From a virus: a DNA stretch of 64,000 bases. The stretch lies in IMG/VR virus record IMGVR_UViG_3300006793_000013; one strand, written 5' to 3'. A model generated the notes under the pieces. That model had not been told where the DNA came from, made no database searches, and was given only the letters and a program-made list of their open reading frames with translations. The position numbers were made by a program, and so were the translations under genes. This document shows, in pieces, positions 9,177 through 19,200 of the stretch; positions within the stretch are counted from its first letter, which is position 1; each line of letters begins with the position of its first letter.

Positions 9177-9398
9177 TTACTTTTTTCTACTTACGATTTC
9201 TTCTTTGATTGCTCTTGGATTTTGCTTGTAGTAGTCTGATAGAACTTCTTCTCTTGTTCTAATAATCTTTCCACCTGGACCTAATTCGTCTCCACGTGCA
9301 TTTACTTTAGCATTTCCAACTGCTGGAAGTTCTTCATTTTTGAGATTAAGTTTCTCCATGTCAACTTCCTTACCTCTCATACTTCTTACTAGTGCCAT
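9177..9398 (-). CDS. Hypothetical protein (73 aa)
   Basis: Coupled ORF within the operon. Confidence 0.65.
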   Translation of the reverse strand: MALVRSMRGKEVDMEKLNLKNEELPAVGNAKVNARGDELGPGGKIIRTREEVLSDYYKQNPRAIKEEIVSRKK

Positions 9399-9871
9399 TA
9401 TATTTCTCCTTTAAAGAATTCGTTTAGTGGTATATTGTATTTAATACTATCTACCTTGTGTACTCCCATTAAATAGAGTACAAAACTAGCAACACTACTA
9501 CCTCTACCTACACCCCAAACAATATTCTTTTCTCTAAGTGTATCTATTATATATGCCATCTGTTTGAGCAACGGAAATAAATCTCGCTTCTCATACTCTG
9601 CTAGTTCTATATTTACCCTGTCTAATTCAGTATCATTGGAACATTTGGCTAACAAATATTGCTTAATGTCCATGTTTTGATATTTGTATGGAAGGAACCA
9701 ATTAGTAGAATCTATTGATGTTTTTGGAAGTGGATAGTCGAGAAACTCTTTTTCTATCTTGTTTTTGTACTTACTAAGATCATCAGCGCATACGCAATGC
9801 TCAAGTATGTCCGGGCCATACTTAACTATGCCTTTAATAAGTTGTTCAGTAGTATTAGTTTCAGTCCACAT
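9398..9871 (-). CDS. Stand-alone fragment resembling DNA polymerase III alpha (DnaE)
   Basis: RVNIELAEY...IIDTLREKNIVWGVGRGSSVASFVLYLMGVHKVDSIKYNI matches the DnaE GxGRGS.aGSlvaY.lgIt.vDP..y region; only 157 aa. Confidence 0.7.
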   Translation of the reverse strand: MWTETNTTEQLIKGIVKYGPDILEHCVCADDLSKYKNKIEKEFLDYPLPKTSIDSTNWFLPYKYQNMDIKQYLLAKCSNDTELDRVNIELAEYEKRDLFPLLKQMAYIIDTLREKNIVWGVGRGSSVASFVLYLMGVHKVDSIKYNIPLNEFFKGEI

Positions 9872-10094
9872 TAATCAGTTGATCCAAATCTTTCTCTTGT
9901 TCATCAAATTTCGCTTGTATTGCTCTCTGGCGAAGTTCATTTCTATATATTGTAACAAAAGTTTGAAGTTGTGTCAACAGTTGATTATTGCCTAAACGGC
10001 TCGCTTGGTAATATTTTTTGTTCAATTCGCTTAGTTTAAGCTCTACCTCAGAGGTAGTCATTTCGGATAAATCTTCTTCTAATGGGTGAAACAT
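9861..10094 (-). CDS. Hypothetical coiled-coil protein
   Basis: 77 aa coupled ORF. Confidence 0.6.
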   Translation of the reverse strand: MFHPLEEDLSEMTTSEVELKLSELNKKYYQASRLGNNQLLTQLQTFVTIYRNELRQRAIQAKFDEQEKDLDQLINVD

Positions 10095-10095
10095 A

Positions 10096-10710
10096 TTAAC
10101 TAAATGAGCCTAAGTATCTCATGTATATGAATTCTTGGCTATGACGCCAAACTTCAACAAACACAGGATCTGTGTTAGAAGTTAATGTAAGTGATGCTGG
10201 AAAACTGCTATCTTTCTTAATTACAGTTCCGCCTGTAGTTGTAAATGTTACAGCTCTATCACCAACACCTGATGTATAAAGTTCCAAAGTTACTTTGCTA
10301 ACACCACTTTGGGCTGCTGTTTCTTCACCATTTGCAGGATCTCCAGCAAAGTTTGTAAACTGTAAGTTAAGAGCAGATGAAGCGTTAATAATAAAGTATG
10401 AGCCAGTTTGGTAATCAATCTCTGTTGTTGTACCTTCAACAAGTGGTACTGTACCCAAATTGTTAAGTTTATCTCTGTTATTTGCCATAACAGCTCTTGT
10501 AACTTGGTTAAGTTGAAAGTCATTAATGTATGCACCACCGCCTGGATTAGATAATCTAGCAGTAGTTGACTCAAGACTAGTAATTTCAGTCTTGGCTGTG
10601 TTTAAACTTGTTTTAATAGTATCGAAATTATCCCTGAATGTTTGGGTGTCGTTATCGGCACCTGCTACAGGAAAGTTTTCGTTTATGCTCAAATAATTTA
10701 TATTACTCAC
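10096..10710 (-). CDS. Putative virion structural protein
   Basis: Located in the baseplate block; Thr/Ser/Gly-rich, beta-strand-like C-terminus. Confidence 0.55.
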   Translation of the reverse strand: MSNINYLSINENFPVAGADNDTQTFRDNFDTIKTSLNTAKTEITSLESTTARLSNPGGGAYINDFQLNQVTRAVMANNRDKLNNLGTVPLVEGTTTEIDYQTGSYFIINASSALNLQFTNFAGDPANGEETAAQSGVSKVTLELYTSGVGDRAVTFTTTGGTVIKKDSSFPASLTLTSNTDPVFVEVWRHSQEFIYMRYLGSFS

Positions 10711-13181
10711 GGTTTCTTTTCTCCACGTTGCGGGAATACAAAGTATTTATCCTCAATTTGCCCGTCAACTATATCTATGATATAGCGATCTGCAACAAAG
10801 TTAATAGTCTTGAAATCAAACGCTTTTTGTTTAATTCTAGCTATAATACTGTCGGCTTTCCCTGGTTTTGTATAGCATAATACTAATGCTTTAGTAAATC
10901 CAAGCTCAAAAGTGCTTGTTTCTTGTATACTTCTCATCCATAGAGGTAAAAACCCTCTATCTCTTTCCCCAACAGTTTGTATTCTCTTTCTCATGTTATT
11001 TACTGAATTAGGAAAAATTCTTTGATGATCTGAATCACTTACTAATGGAACATCACTATCAATACTAATACTGTCGTAACTTACAATGATTTTACTATTA
11101 ATATCATCTGGTAATTCTACTACTTGTGATATGCTTTTACCATTCTTTTCAAGATCGTCAATTATATCAACATATACAACTTCATACAACAATTCAGATG
11201 TAGTTGGGTCTTTTGCTACTGCTTTTTTAACATTACCAAACGTAAAGCGTTTGTTATAATGATTTCTTCCCATTGCAGAAACAAACAGTTCTGCTGTTTT
11301 ACTTTCAATACCAGCAAATAGTAATGCTGTTAATTCACTCTGTACTCCGTAGTTCTTATCACCATAACGATAAATGTCCTCTGGTTTAAAAACAGTAGAG
11401 TCAGTAATAAAGTTAAACCATGATAACCTTTTCTCTTTTGATTGTAATGCTCTAACATATATGTTTGAGAATACTGTTTGATTATCAGCAACTACTTTAA
11501 TTTTAAATTCTCTCAATGCTTCAGCAAAGTTTGCACCGTCTTGTGCTTTAACTGTAAATTTAAACTCTTTATCAAAAGATGATCGACCTTGATCAAACGT
11601 TAAACTAAAGTCTCGAGATCTAGTTGATGAATCTTCTCCAGCACTATCCTGCTCATAAAATCTAGTTAGTCCTAACCCTTTATCATCTTCAAATTGTTTT
11701 ACTTTACCTTGAATAAGTCCTGTAGGTAAAAATTCTAATCCTGCAGGTAAGTTTCCACTTTCAAGTGTGTATAAAATTCTGCCACCATACAATAAACTTT
11801 TTGCTTCGACATATAAGTTACTTGGCTCGTTAGGTTTAATAGTTCCTCTATCAGAAGGTGTAATCCATTCAATTGAACTTTCAACCTCACCAATGATGTC
11901 TATGTTGAATGTTCTTTCAACAGTTGAAACACCTGGTACCCAAAAATCAGTATCCGTAGGCAATCTATTTTGGTTCTCTACAATAGCGATGTAAATAATT
12001 CCATCATAAACAATTGCTTCGTTAACAGTATAAATTCTAGTACTACTCCAATTACCTACAAGTGTGTAATTAATTGTTGCTAAGTTTGCAGGAAAGTTTA
12101 CAGCTCTCATAGTGAACTGATAATTTTTAGTTACTGCTGCTTGATACGGAACTTTACCAGAAAGGTCTCCTGTTACAGTATCGAGAGTAAGACCGGGTGG
12201 TATAGTACTTGGAGTACCATCTGGATTATTTTCAACTAAGAAATAAGTTATTGTACCTGATAGTGTAGGTGGATCGTAAACATCTAAAGCAACAGTTACA
12301 AAGTTATTTGCTCTATATCTACCTAAGTAAGGATCTGTAATCCATAGTGGTTGTCTGTTACCACTATTATCTGCTTGGAATAAATTTGTATCAACTTGTA
12401 GTAATGTGTTGTCTGCTTTTAAAAATTCTTCAGTAACAACATAGATTTTAAATGTTCTATGTATAGCATTAATACCGTCAGTAACTGCAATACTAAATGT
12501 ATATTCTCTACTTAATTTTCTAGGTATTTGACTTCCTTCTGCATAGTCAAATCTTTGCGTATCGTAAAAGTATGTGTCAAAACCAGTTGATGTATTTTTT
12601 GCAATATCAAGTGGAACAGTATCAAAAGAATGTGTATCGTATGCTCCAGTGTTAGTTGAATTGTACTCTACAGCCTGCACAGGCTCCGTAAAACCGCTGA
12701 TCTTTCCTGTTTGGGACAATGACAAGCCCGGAGGTAAAAGACCGCTGTTAGGCACCATATAGTAGCTTAGAGTCTCCCCTGCTGTAAGATCTTTGTCTGT
12801 TGCCTGTAATTGAAAGTCTATTTTAGAATCGTCAAGTGCAAAGTATGCATCACCTTGCCCAACATTTAAATAACCTCTTTCTGTAATCCATTCTGGAAAG
12901 TCTGCTCCTGTTATAGACATACTAAATGTTCTATCCATACACCCACCAGTACCGTCATCAGCTCTGATAACAAATTTATTAGTTGTATGTTTTGTAACTT
13001 CTCCAGGTGCGCCTTTAATTACACCATCAGATAAAACACAACCTACAGGAAGTGAACCAGCAATTATAGAATATGAAATTGTACTAGAAGTATCAGTAGA
13101 CGCTTCTATTGGAATGTTGACTGTGATCCTTTCTTCGAAAGTACCTAGGTCTCCTGCTGGCGTAATCCAAGTAATTGCCAT
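10707..13181 (-). CDS. Putative baseplate wedge protein with Ig-like repeats
   Basis: Repeated W.T..G.LG and 'GSLPVG/LLPPGLSL..TG.ISG' Ig-type units; 824 aa. Confidence 0.65.
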   Translation of the reverse strand: MAITWITPAGDLGTFEERITVNIPIEASTDTSSTISYSIIAGSLPVGCVLSDGVIKGAPGEVTKHTTNKFVIRADDGTGGCMDRTFSMSITGADFPEWITERGYLNVGQGDAYFALDDSKIDFQLQATDKDLTAGETLSYYMVPNSGLLPPGLSLSQTGKISGFTEPVQAVEYNSTNTGAYDTHSFDTVPLDIAKNTSTGFDTYFYDTQRFDYAEGSQIPRKLSREYTFSIAVTDGINAIHRTFKIYVVTEEFLKADNTLLQVDTNLFQADNSGNRQPLWITDPYLGRYRANNFVTVALDVYDPPTLSGTITYFLVENNPDGTPSTIPPGLTLDTVTGDLSGKVPYQAAVTKNYQFTMRAVNFPANLATINYTLVGNWSSTRIYTVNEAIVYDGIIYIAIVENQNRLPTDTDFWVPGVSTVERTFNIDIIGEVESSIEWITPSDRGTIKPNEPSNLYVEAKSLLYGGRILYTLESGNLPAGLEFLPTGLIQGKVKQFEDDKGLGLTRFYEQDSAGEDSSTRSRDFSLTFDQGRSSFDKEFKFTVKAQDGANFAEALREFKIKVVADNQTVFSNIYVRALQSKEKRLSWFNFITDSTVFKPEDIYRYGDKNYGVQSELTALLFAGIESKTAELFVSAMGRNHYNKRFTFGNVKKAVAKDPTTSELLYEVVYVDIIDDLEKNGKSISQVVELPDDINSKIIVSYDSISIDSDVPLVSDSDHQRIFPNSVNNMRKRIQTVGERDRGFLPLWMRSIQETSTFELGFTKALVLCYTKPGKADSIIARIKQKAFDFKTINFVADRYIIDIVDGQIEDKYFVFPQRGEKKP

Positions 13182-13195
13182 TTAGAATTTGCTCC

Positions 13196-13771
13196 TTATA
13201 AACCGCCAACATCTAAATTGATTCCTGAATCATACGTTAGTGTACCAAAATCAATATTAGATCCTTGCAGTGCTAATTGTATGGCATTTTCAAACCCTGA
13301 AGCTCCAACAGGTCCAAAGTCGTATGTTGTTAAGTATTCAGTTACCGGTACAATAGTTTTAAATTTAATAGTGCTGCCTACAGCGGTAACTTCAATATCT
13401 TTGAATCCGTTTTCTGATTGTGGCGCACTAGTACCTTCCATAGTAATTTGTTGGTGTGTATTAGCCAACATACTACCACTATCTGTATCGATTCTTGTAA
13501 ATGCATCTGGCGCAGTACTAGCAACAATAATTGCTTCGTTACCTTCGTCAAGTTGAATTTTAGAACCAGCTACTAGTTTTCTAAAGTTTAGATTTGCACC
13601 AACTTTATCTTTAAACACACTAACACCATTAGCACCTGTATTGGTTGCTGTAATTGTTAGTTCTGTTTCTAGTGTTGAGAAGTTTGTGTTAACTTTCTGG
13701 AACGCTGTTCGTAGATCATCACCTAACCCGTCGTTTACAATATTACCTATGTTTATTGTTTGTATCGCCAT
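13196..13771 (-). CDS. Baseplate/fibre protein with T4 gp9/gp10-like N-terminus
   Basis: MAIQTINIGNIVNDGLGDDLRTAFQKVNTNF. Confidence 0.7.
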   Translation of the reverse strand: MAIQTINIGNIVNDGLGDDLRTAFQKVNTNFSTLETELTITATNTGANGVSVFKDKVGANLNFRKLVAGSKIQLDEGNEAIIVASTAPDAFTRIDTDSGSMLANTHQQITMEGTSAPQSENGFKDIEVTAVGSTIKFKTIVPVTEYLTTYDFGPVGASGFENAIQLALQGSNIDFGTLTYDSGINLDVGGL

Positions 13772-13780
13772 GTATCACTC

Positions 13781-14035
13781 CTAATGTAGATCTGCCCAGC
13801 CTGCTGTACTATCATTATTTGCATCAGCAGCGTATCCTTGAAACTTTCCTGTTGTTGTGTTGTAAACCATCATTCCAAAAACTGGTGTAAGTGCATCTAT
13901 TTCAGTTTGTGTTAGTTGTGGTGGTCCAACATAAAGTTCTGTAAAGTTAGAATTAATTTTTTCAAACGCTCCACGTAGAGTATCGCCTGTTCTATCGTTT
14001 GCGGATGTTCCAATGTTTACTGTAAGTTTTGCCAT
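13781..14035 (-). CDS. Minimal two-module virion protein (gp9/gp10-like N-terminus plus fibre C-terminal module)
   Basis: MAKLTVNIGTSANDRTGDTLRGAFEKINSNFTELY plus LTQTEIDALTPVFGMMVYNTTTGKFQGY...WADLH. Confidence 0.65.
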   Translation of the reverse strand: MAKLTVNIGTSANDRTGDTLRGAFEKINSNFTELYVGPPQLTQTEIDALTPVFGMMVYNTTTGKFQGYAADANNDSTAGWADLH

Positions 14036-14045
14036 CTATCCGCTC

Positions 14046-16241
14046 CTATACCCAACCGCCAATTGCAATTCTGCCCCAGCCCGTACTCTTGCGGACATAA
14101 ACATAATTGTCATCAACTCTAATTTCACCAACTTCTGCTGCTTCTGTTTCTGAACCTGGAGCAGCACTGTTTGGTGCAATCTTACCTGTAACTGTGCCTG
14201 TTGCACCATCAATTACTACGGAAGAATCATCACCAAATACTGAACCTCTAATATCAATAGTTGCAGTACCATTTAGCACTGCTGCTGGTATTGTACTACT
14301 AACACCATCTACTAACAATGTACTATCATCACCAAACACGCTACCTTTAATATCAGTTACAGGACTTCCTGTATGAGATACTTCGCCTGTTGTAGCATTG
14401 TACATTAGCATAGTTGTTCCAACTACACTTCTAATTGGTTTAATTACTAAACTACTTGCTGTGGTGTTCTCTAATACACCGCTAGTTGCGTTAATTGCAA
14501 TACTGTTTGCGGCTTGGCTTGTTGTACCAGCACCTACACCAATTGCTAGTGCATTTTGTCCTTGATTTGTAACACCTGCACCTGCACCAATTGCTGTTGC
14601 ATTTTGGCCTTGGTTAGTTACACCTGCGGAATTTCCCACAGCCGTTGCAGTTGTACCTTGACTTGTTTTACCTGCTTCCCAACCTATTGCTATTGAGTTT
14701 TGTCCTTGACTTGTTTGACCTGCGTAATAACCTACCGCAATACTAAAGTCTCCTTGACTCGTTCCACCTGCGTCAATACCAACTGCTACTGCGTCACCGC
14801 CTTGATTAGTTTCACCTGAGTTTACACCAATTGCTACTGAATTTGCACCTTGATTTTCTTGACCTGCTTCGTATCCAATCGCAACTGCAAGACTTCCTTG
14901 ATTAGTTTCACCTGTACTTTTACCAAGTGCAATCTTTAATTCACTTGTTCTTAAACTTGTTGTGTCTACTGCACCAACAATCTTACCTTCAACACCGTCA
15001 ACTAGTAATCCTGAGTCGTCTGCAAACACTGATCCTGTAATATCAATCTTCGGATCAACTGCAATAGTAATCTTATCTTCAATTGAAGTAAGTGTAATAC
15101 CAATACCGTAACCAGGTTCAAACGTTAAAATATCAGCAGTACTATCTGCTGCAATACTAGTTTGTCCGTCAACAGCAATTTGTTGGAATGTTGGAACTGC
15201 CGGAGCACCGTTTGAAACAGTTACAACACCTGTTGCAGGATCTGTTGAAACTGTAATACCAAAACCTTGTTGTACTTCTAACACACCTGTGTTAGTAAAC
15301 TGCACAGCACCAGTTATTGAACTAACTGTAATACCTTCGCCTGCTGTTCTTCCTGCTGCTCTGCCTGGAATGTTAGTTGTGTTTTGCGCAGATGTAACAC
15401 CTGTGTTAGTAATTGTTACATTACCTGTTGCTGAACTAACTGTAATACCTGTACTTGCAATTGCTTGTGTTACACCATCGTTAATAAATGTAATACTGTC
15501 TGCATCACTTCCTGCTACTAGTTGTACACCAGTACCACCGTAAAATGATAAAGTATCATTAGTATGATCAGCTTCAACAATATCACCGTCATCTAAATTA
15601 ATATATCTAAAATATCTTTTCTCTGGATCAATAATTAAGTCACCGTTAATAGTTGAACCAAATGGTAAATCAACTTTACCACTTTCGCCTTTAACGTGTG
15701 CCGTACCTAAGTATAATCCGTTGTCTTCGTTGCCTGCTGATGCTAGTGTTTCAGCAATGTGTACTTCTTTCCATTTATGTGTAGCATCACCTAAAACTTT
15801 TTGTGCATCGTCTGCTGGTTTAACAGAAGTTGTAAGTGCTTCTAAGTTAAGTGTACTAAATTCATTTAGACCTTGTGTATTACCACCTGATGCATATGCA
15901 GTAAAGCCTGTGCCATTAACTGCTGAACTAATTCCTGCATCTGTGTAAAGAGCAAAAGTATTACTTGTTAGTACATCTGCATAGTAAGTATTACCATTTA
16001 GTTGTGTCATGCCTACTACATCTGTAATAGTTACACGTTGTCCGTCAGTAAGTCCGTGTGCTGTTGAAGTTGTAACTACAACAGGACTTGCTTGAGTTGC
16101 ATTAGTAATTGTTTTTTGTTCGCCACCTGCAAGTGTTGCACCGATAGTTACAAAGTTTGCATTGACTTCATCTAATGCACTTTTAAACTTATCCCATAAA
16201 AGTGGTGGATTACCTGGCGTTATGTTTGTATTATATGCCAT
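14046..16241 (-). CDS. Tail fibre / adhesin-like protein
   Basis: FCCH-like beta module, YadA-head-like 16-aa repeats, three GSVFxDDS units. Confidence 0.75.
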   Translation of the reverse strand: MAYNTNITPGNPPLLWDKFKSALDEVNANFVTIGATLAGGEQKTITNATQASPVVVTTSTAHGLTDGQRVTITDVVGMTQLNGNTYYADVLTSNTFALYTDAGISSAVNGTGFTAYASGGNTQGLNEFSTLNLEALTTSVKPADDAQKVLGDATHKWKEVHIAETLASAGNEDNGLYLGTAHVKGESGKVDLPFGSTINGDLIIDPEKRYFRYINLDDGDIVEADHTNDTLSFYGGTGVQLVAGSDADSITFINDGVTQAIASTGITVSSATGNVTITNTGVTSAQNTTNIPGRAAGRTAGEGITVSSITGAVQFTNTGVLEVQQGFGITVSTDPATGVVTVSNGAPAVPTFQQIAVDGQTSIAADSTADILTFEPGYGIGITLTSIEDKITIAVDPKIDITGSVFADDSGLLVDGVEGKIVGAVDTTSLRTSELKIALGKSTGETNQGSLAVAIGYEAGQENQGANSVAIGVNSGETNQGGDAVAVGIDAGGTSQGDFSIAVGYYAGQTSQGQNSIAIGWEAGKTSQGTTATAVGNSAGVTNQGQNATAIGAGAGVTNQGQNALAIGVGAGTTSQAANSIAINATSGVLENTTASSLVIKPIRSVVGTTMLMYNATTGEVSHTGSPVTDIKGSVFGDDSTLLVDGVSSTIPAAVLNGTATIDIRGSVFGDDSSVVIDGATGTVTGKIAPNSAAPGSETEAAEVGEIRVDDNYVYVRKSTGWGRIAIGGWV
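14481..14912 (-). repeat. Nine tandem 48-nt (16-aa) coding repeats G.T[NS]QG..[AS].A[IV]G..A
   Basis: GETNQGSLAVAIGYEA / GQENQGANSVAIGVNS / GETNQGGDAVAVGIDA / GGTSQGDFSIAVGYYA / GQTSQGQNSIAIGWEA / GKTSQGTTATAVGNSA / GVTNQGQNATAIGAGA / GVTNQGQNALAIGVGA / GTTSQAANSIAINATS. Confidence 0.9.
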
Positions 16242-19200
16242 TAGTTTCTCCCTACCGCTACTTCAATTGTGCCTATATGATCACTATCATATGCTTCAAT
16301 TGCTTTACCAATAATTGTACCTGCTCGTACATCGCCATCTGCTACTGTACCAACACCGTGTATGCCTGCACACACAATTAAATCACCTTTTTCAATCTTG
16401 CCAACTACCTTACAAGGTACTCTACCTTGTAGTGCAACAAGATTTTTAAATCCAGGACAAGCTGCGTACATAACATATGCTGCTCTATCCGAAACAACAC
16501 CTGCTACTTTTGGATCGCCTTTCTTATTAGAAGTTGTAACTTCCTTGTCACCACCAAATACTAGCACTGTTCCGACTTCGTATTCCTTGTCACCTTCGTA
16601 GTATTCTGCAAGGTCAGCTGCATATGTTGCTTCAAACCTTGATTCACTTGGAGTTGTTCCTGTTAATGTCCAACGTCCTGTTACTGTACCTGCTGAAGTA
16701 TTACCGCCAGTTGTTAATGACGTTGTAATAATTGATGATGCTTCAACTGGTGCAAGTGATACACCGTTCTGTGTTCTAAACTGGTGATAGTCATTATCAT
16801 AAAAGTTTCTCTTGTCTGTTGCAAGTGAACCGTTCTGTAAATATAAACCACCACTACCACTTGAACCTGTAAACACTCTTACATAACTTGCAGATCCTGA
16901 TGTACCATAACCTACAGCAGTATTACCACTAATATTGAAAGTACTTGTGGCATCCCATATTCTTGCTTGTGCATCTGCGTTGCCGTCTCTTTGTACAAGT
17001 TGATTTGCACTTGCGTTTGCAGTTGCTTCAATAATGCTGTAGTCGGCATCAGCAGTGTTACTTGAACTACTAATTCTTCTTAAGAAACCAGTTGTACTAT
17101 ATTGTGATTTCTTAATAGAACCACCTTGGTCAACAACAGTTGTAAACAAGATGTCTGCTGGTTGATCAGCACTTAGTAAGTTATTACCTAATACACTTTT
17201 ACCAGTAACAGTTTCTAGTTTTGCTTTAGTAATTGTACTGTCTGTAATTGTTACCCAACCGTCTGTAATAGTAAAGAACGTATTATCAAATGCTGCAATA
17301 CCTTTATTAGCCTGTGTAATTCCTGTTGCATTTGCACGTACTTGAGCATCAGTCATATTCAACTTGCTTTGATCAATTGCTGCTGAAGCGTTAACGTCAG
17401 CGTTAACAATTACATCTGGCTGTATTTGTGCATCAATAGTGTTTGCAGTTGAGTCAATATCTAAAGCAATATCACCTACAATAGTTGCATTAATTGCATC
17501 GTTACCGTTACCTGTAAATGCAAGTATATCGTTTGCTTTCAGGTCATTGATTGAAAATTCTTGTAAGTTAGTAAATGTTAAGTTTCTTAAGTTAACTGCG
17601 TCTTGCGGTTGTGTCGGATCACCAACATTAATAACTTTGTAATTGGCAATATCTATCGGGCCTTTCATAGCCAGTGAACCATCTAGTGCCATAAAGCCAC
17701 CATTGATTGGTGGAATTAAGTTTGCTGATGTTACCGGAGCACCACCGTGTGTGGTACCAAGACGTCTTTCAATGTAAAGTCTAGTTGCGTTTTCTGTTGG
17801 CACTGTATCAACAGCGTTATCAGTCATACCAGAGTCTGTACTAAATTCAGAAACAGGAACACCACGCTTAAATCCAATACCGTCCAAGTTACTCAATGCA
17901 ATCGCTGCTGAGAACGTAACCTGTCCTGTACCTTGGTCAACTCTAAAGAACGGTCCAACGTTGAAGTTACCAAATTGGTCTGTGGTTACATAGAACACAC
18001 GTCCAACGTTTCTTTCTTCAGTTTCTGTATCAGGGTTGAACGCATTAACTGATGGTCCATAAATCTCTGTTGGATAGTTGGTATCAGCATATGATCCTGT
18101 ACCAATCTCAAGTAAGTCATGAGATGTAACACGAGTCAATGAAATTCTAATTGTTAGTTTACCATTAGCACCGTCTGTTCCTCTTGCTACAGCAGATTTA
18201 ACTGTGTATGATGCTTCATACTGTGTAAGACTATCTACTAATGGTTTATTAAGTGTAACCCTTGCCCAAGGATTACCAACTACGGTTTCATCTTCAAATA
18301 AATCAATTACATACGTTTCACCGTTGAATACAAATGTACTTCCTTGTACCCTTGATCTTTCCTGAGGAGCAACAGCAACAATAGCAAATGAACTATCGCC
18401 TGCGGCGCCTGTTGGTGTATAGTATGAATGTGTTCCACTTTGAACACCTGTTGTATCAACTTGTACTGCACCTGACAGTGTAGGATATGCTACACTTATT
18501 GTAAATGTGTTTGCATCAAGAACTGTGTGTACAAAGTAATGTGTACTTGTGTTAATTCCTGTTGGTAATGAACCAGTTGTTGTGAAAACAATTGGATCAC
18601 CTTGTGTAAGGTTATGCGTTACTTTTGTAATAACAGCCGGAGATGCAACAGATATTGTACAAGTTTCTGTTGTACCTGCTTTCGCTTCGCCTGGCTTGTA
18701 TAATGTTAAGTCAATATAGTTGTAGTTCTCTCTAAGTGTTGTAACAGTCAAGCCTTCAATAATAGCTGAATGTGTACCTGTACCTGTATCAGTTGTTGTT
18801 ACAGGTGTTGACCCATTAATAACACTTGAAAGTTCAAAGTTTGTTGCGGTTAAGTTTTCTTCTCTAACCCAATAAGTTTCACCTGATGTAATTCCTGCTG
18901 GTAATGTACCAGTTGAACTAAAGCTCAATCTATAGTTGAATAATTGTTTATGTGGTACAACACATTTAATAGTTGGTGTACCAGACGTTAGTGTTAGAGC
19001 TGAACCTCCAGCACTTGTACTTAAAACAACACTGTCATATGTTGGAACGTCGATAATATGATAAGTTGTACTTGCAGTTATTCCATTTGCGGTTGATCTT
19101 GGAACAATAGTGTCTCCAACAATTAATCCATGATTTTGACTAAACGTAGCAATGTTTCCAGTTGCTGTTGTTGCATTAATAGTTGCAAGGAATGTACCAA

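Noticed and set aside
9398-10094. Frameshifted or intein/intron-split DNA polymerase
   Set aside because: The flanking ORFs show no polymerase, intein or homing-endonuclease motifs, and each has its own clean start and stop.
14481-14912. CRISPR array or DGR-like repeat
   Set aside because: The 48-nt periodicity is in-frame protein repeat with synonymous divergence. There are no spacers, no adenine-specific variation and no reverse transcriptase or cas gene in the window.
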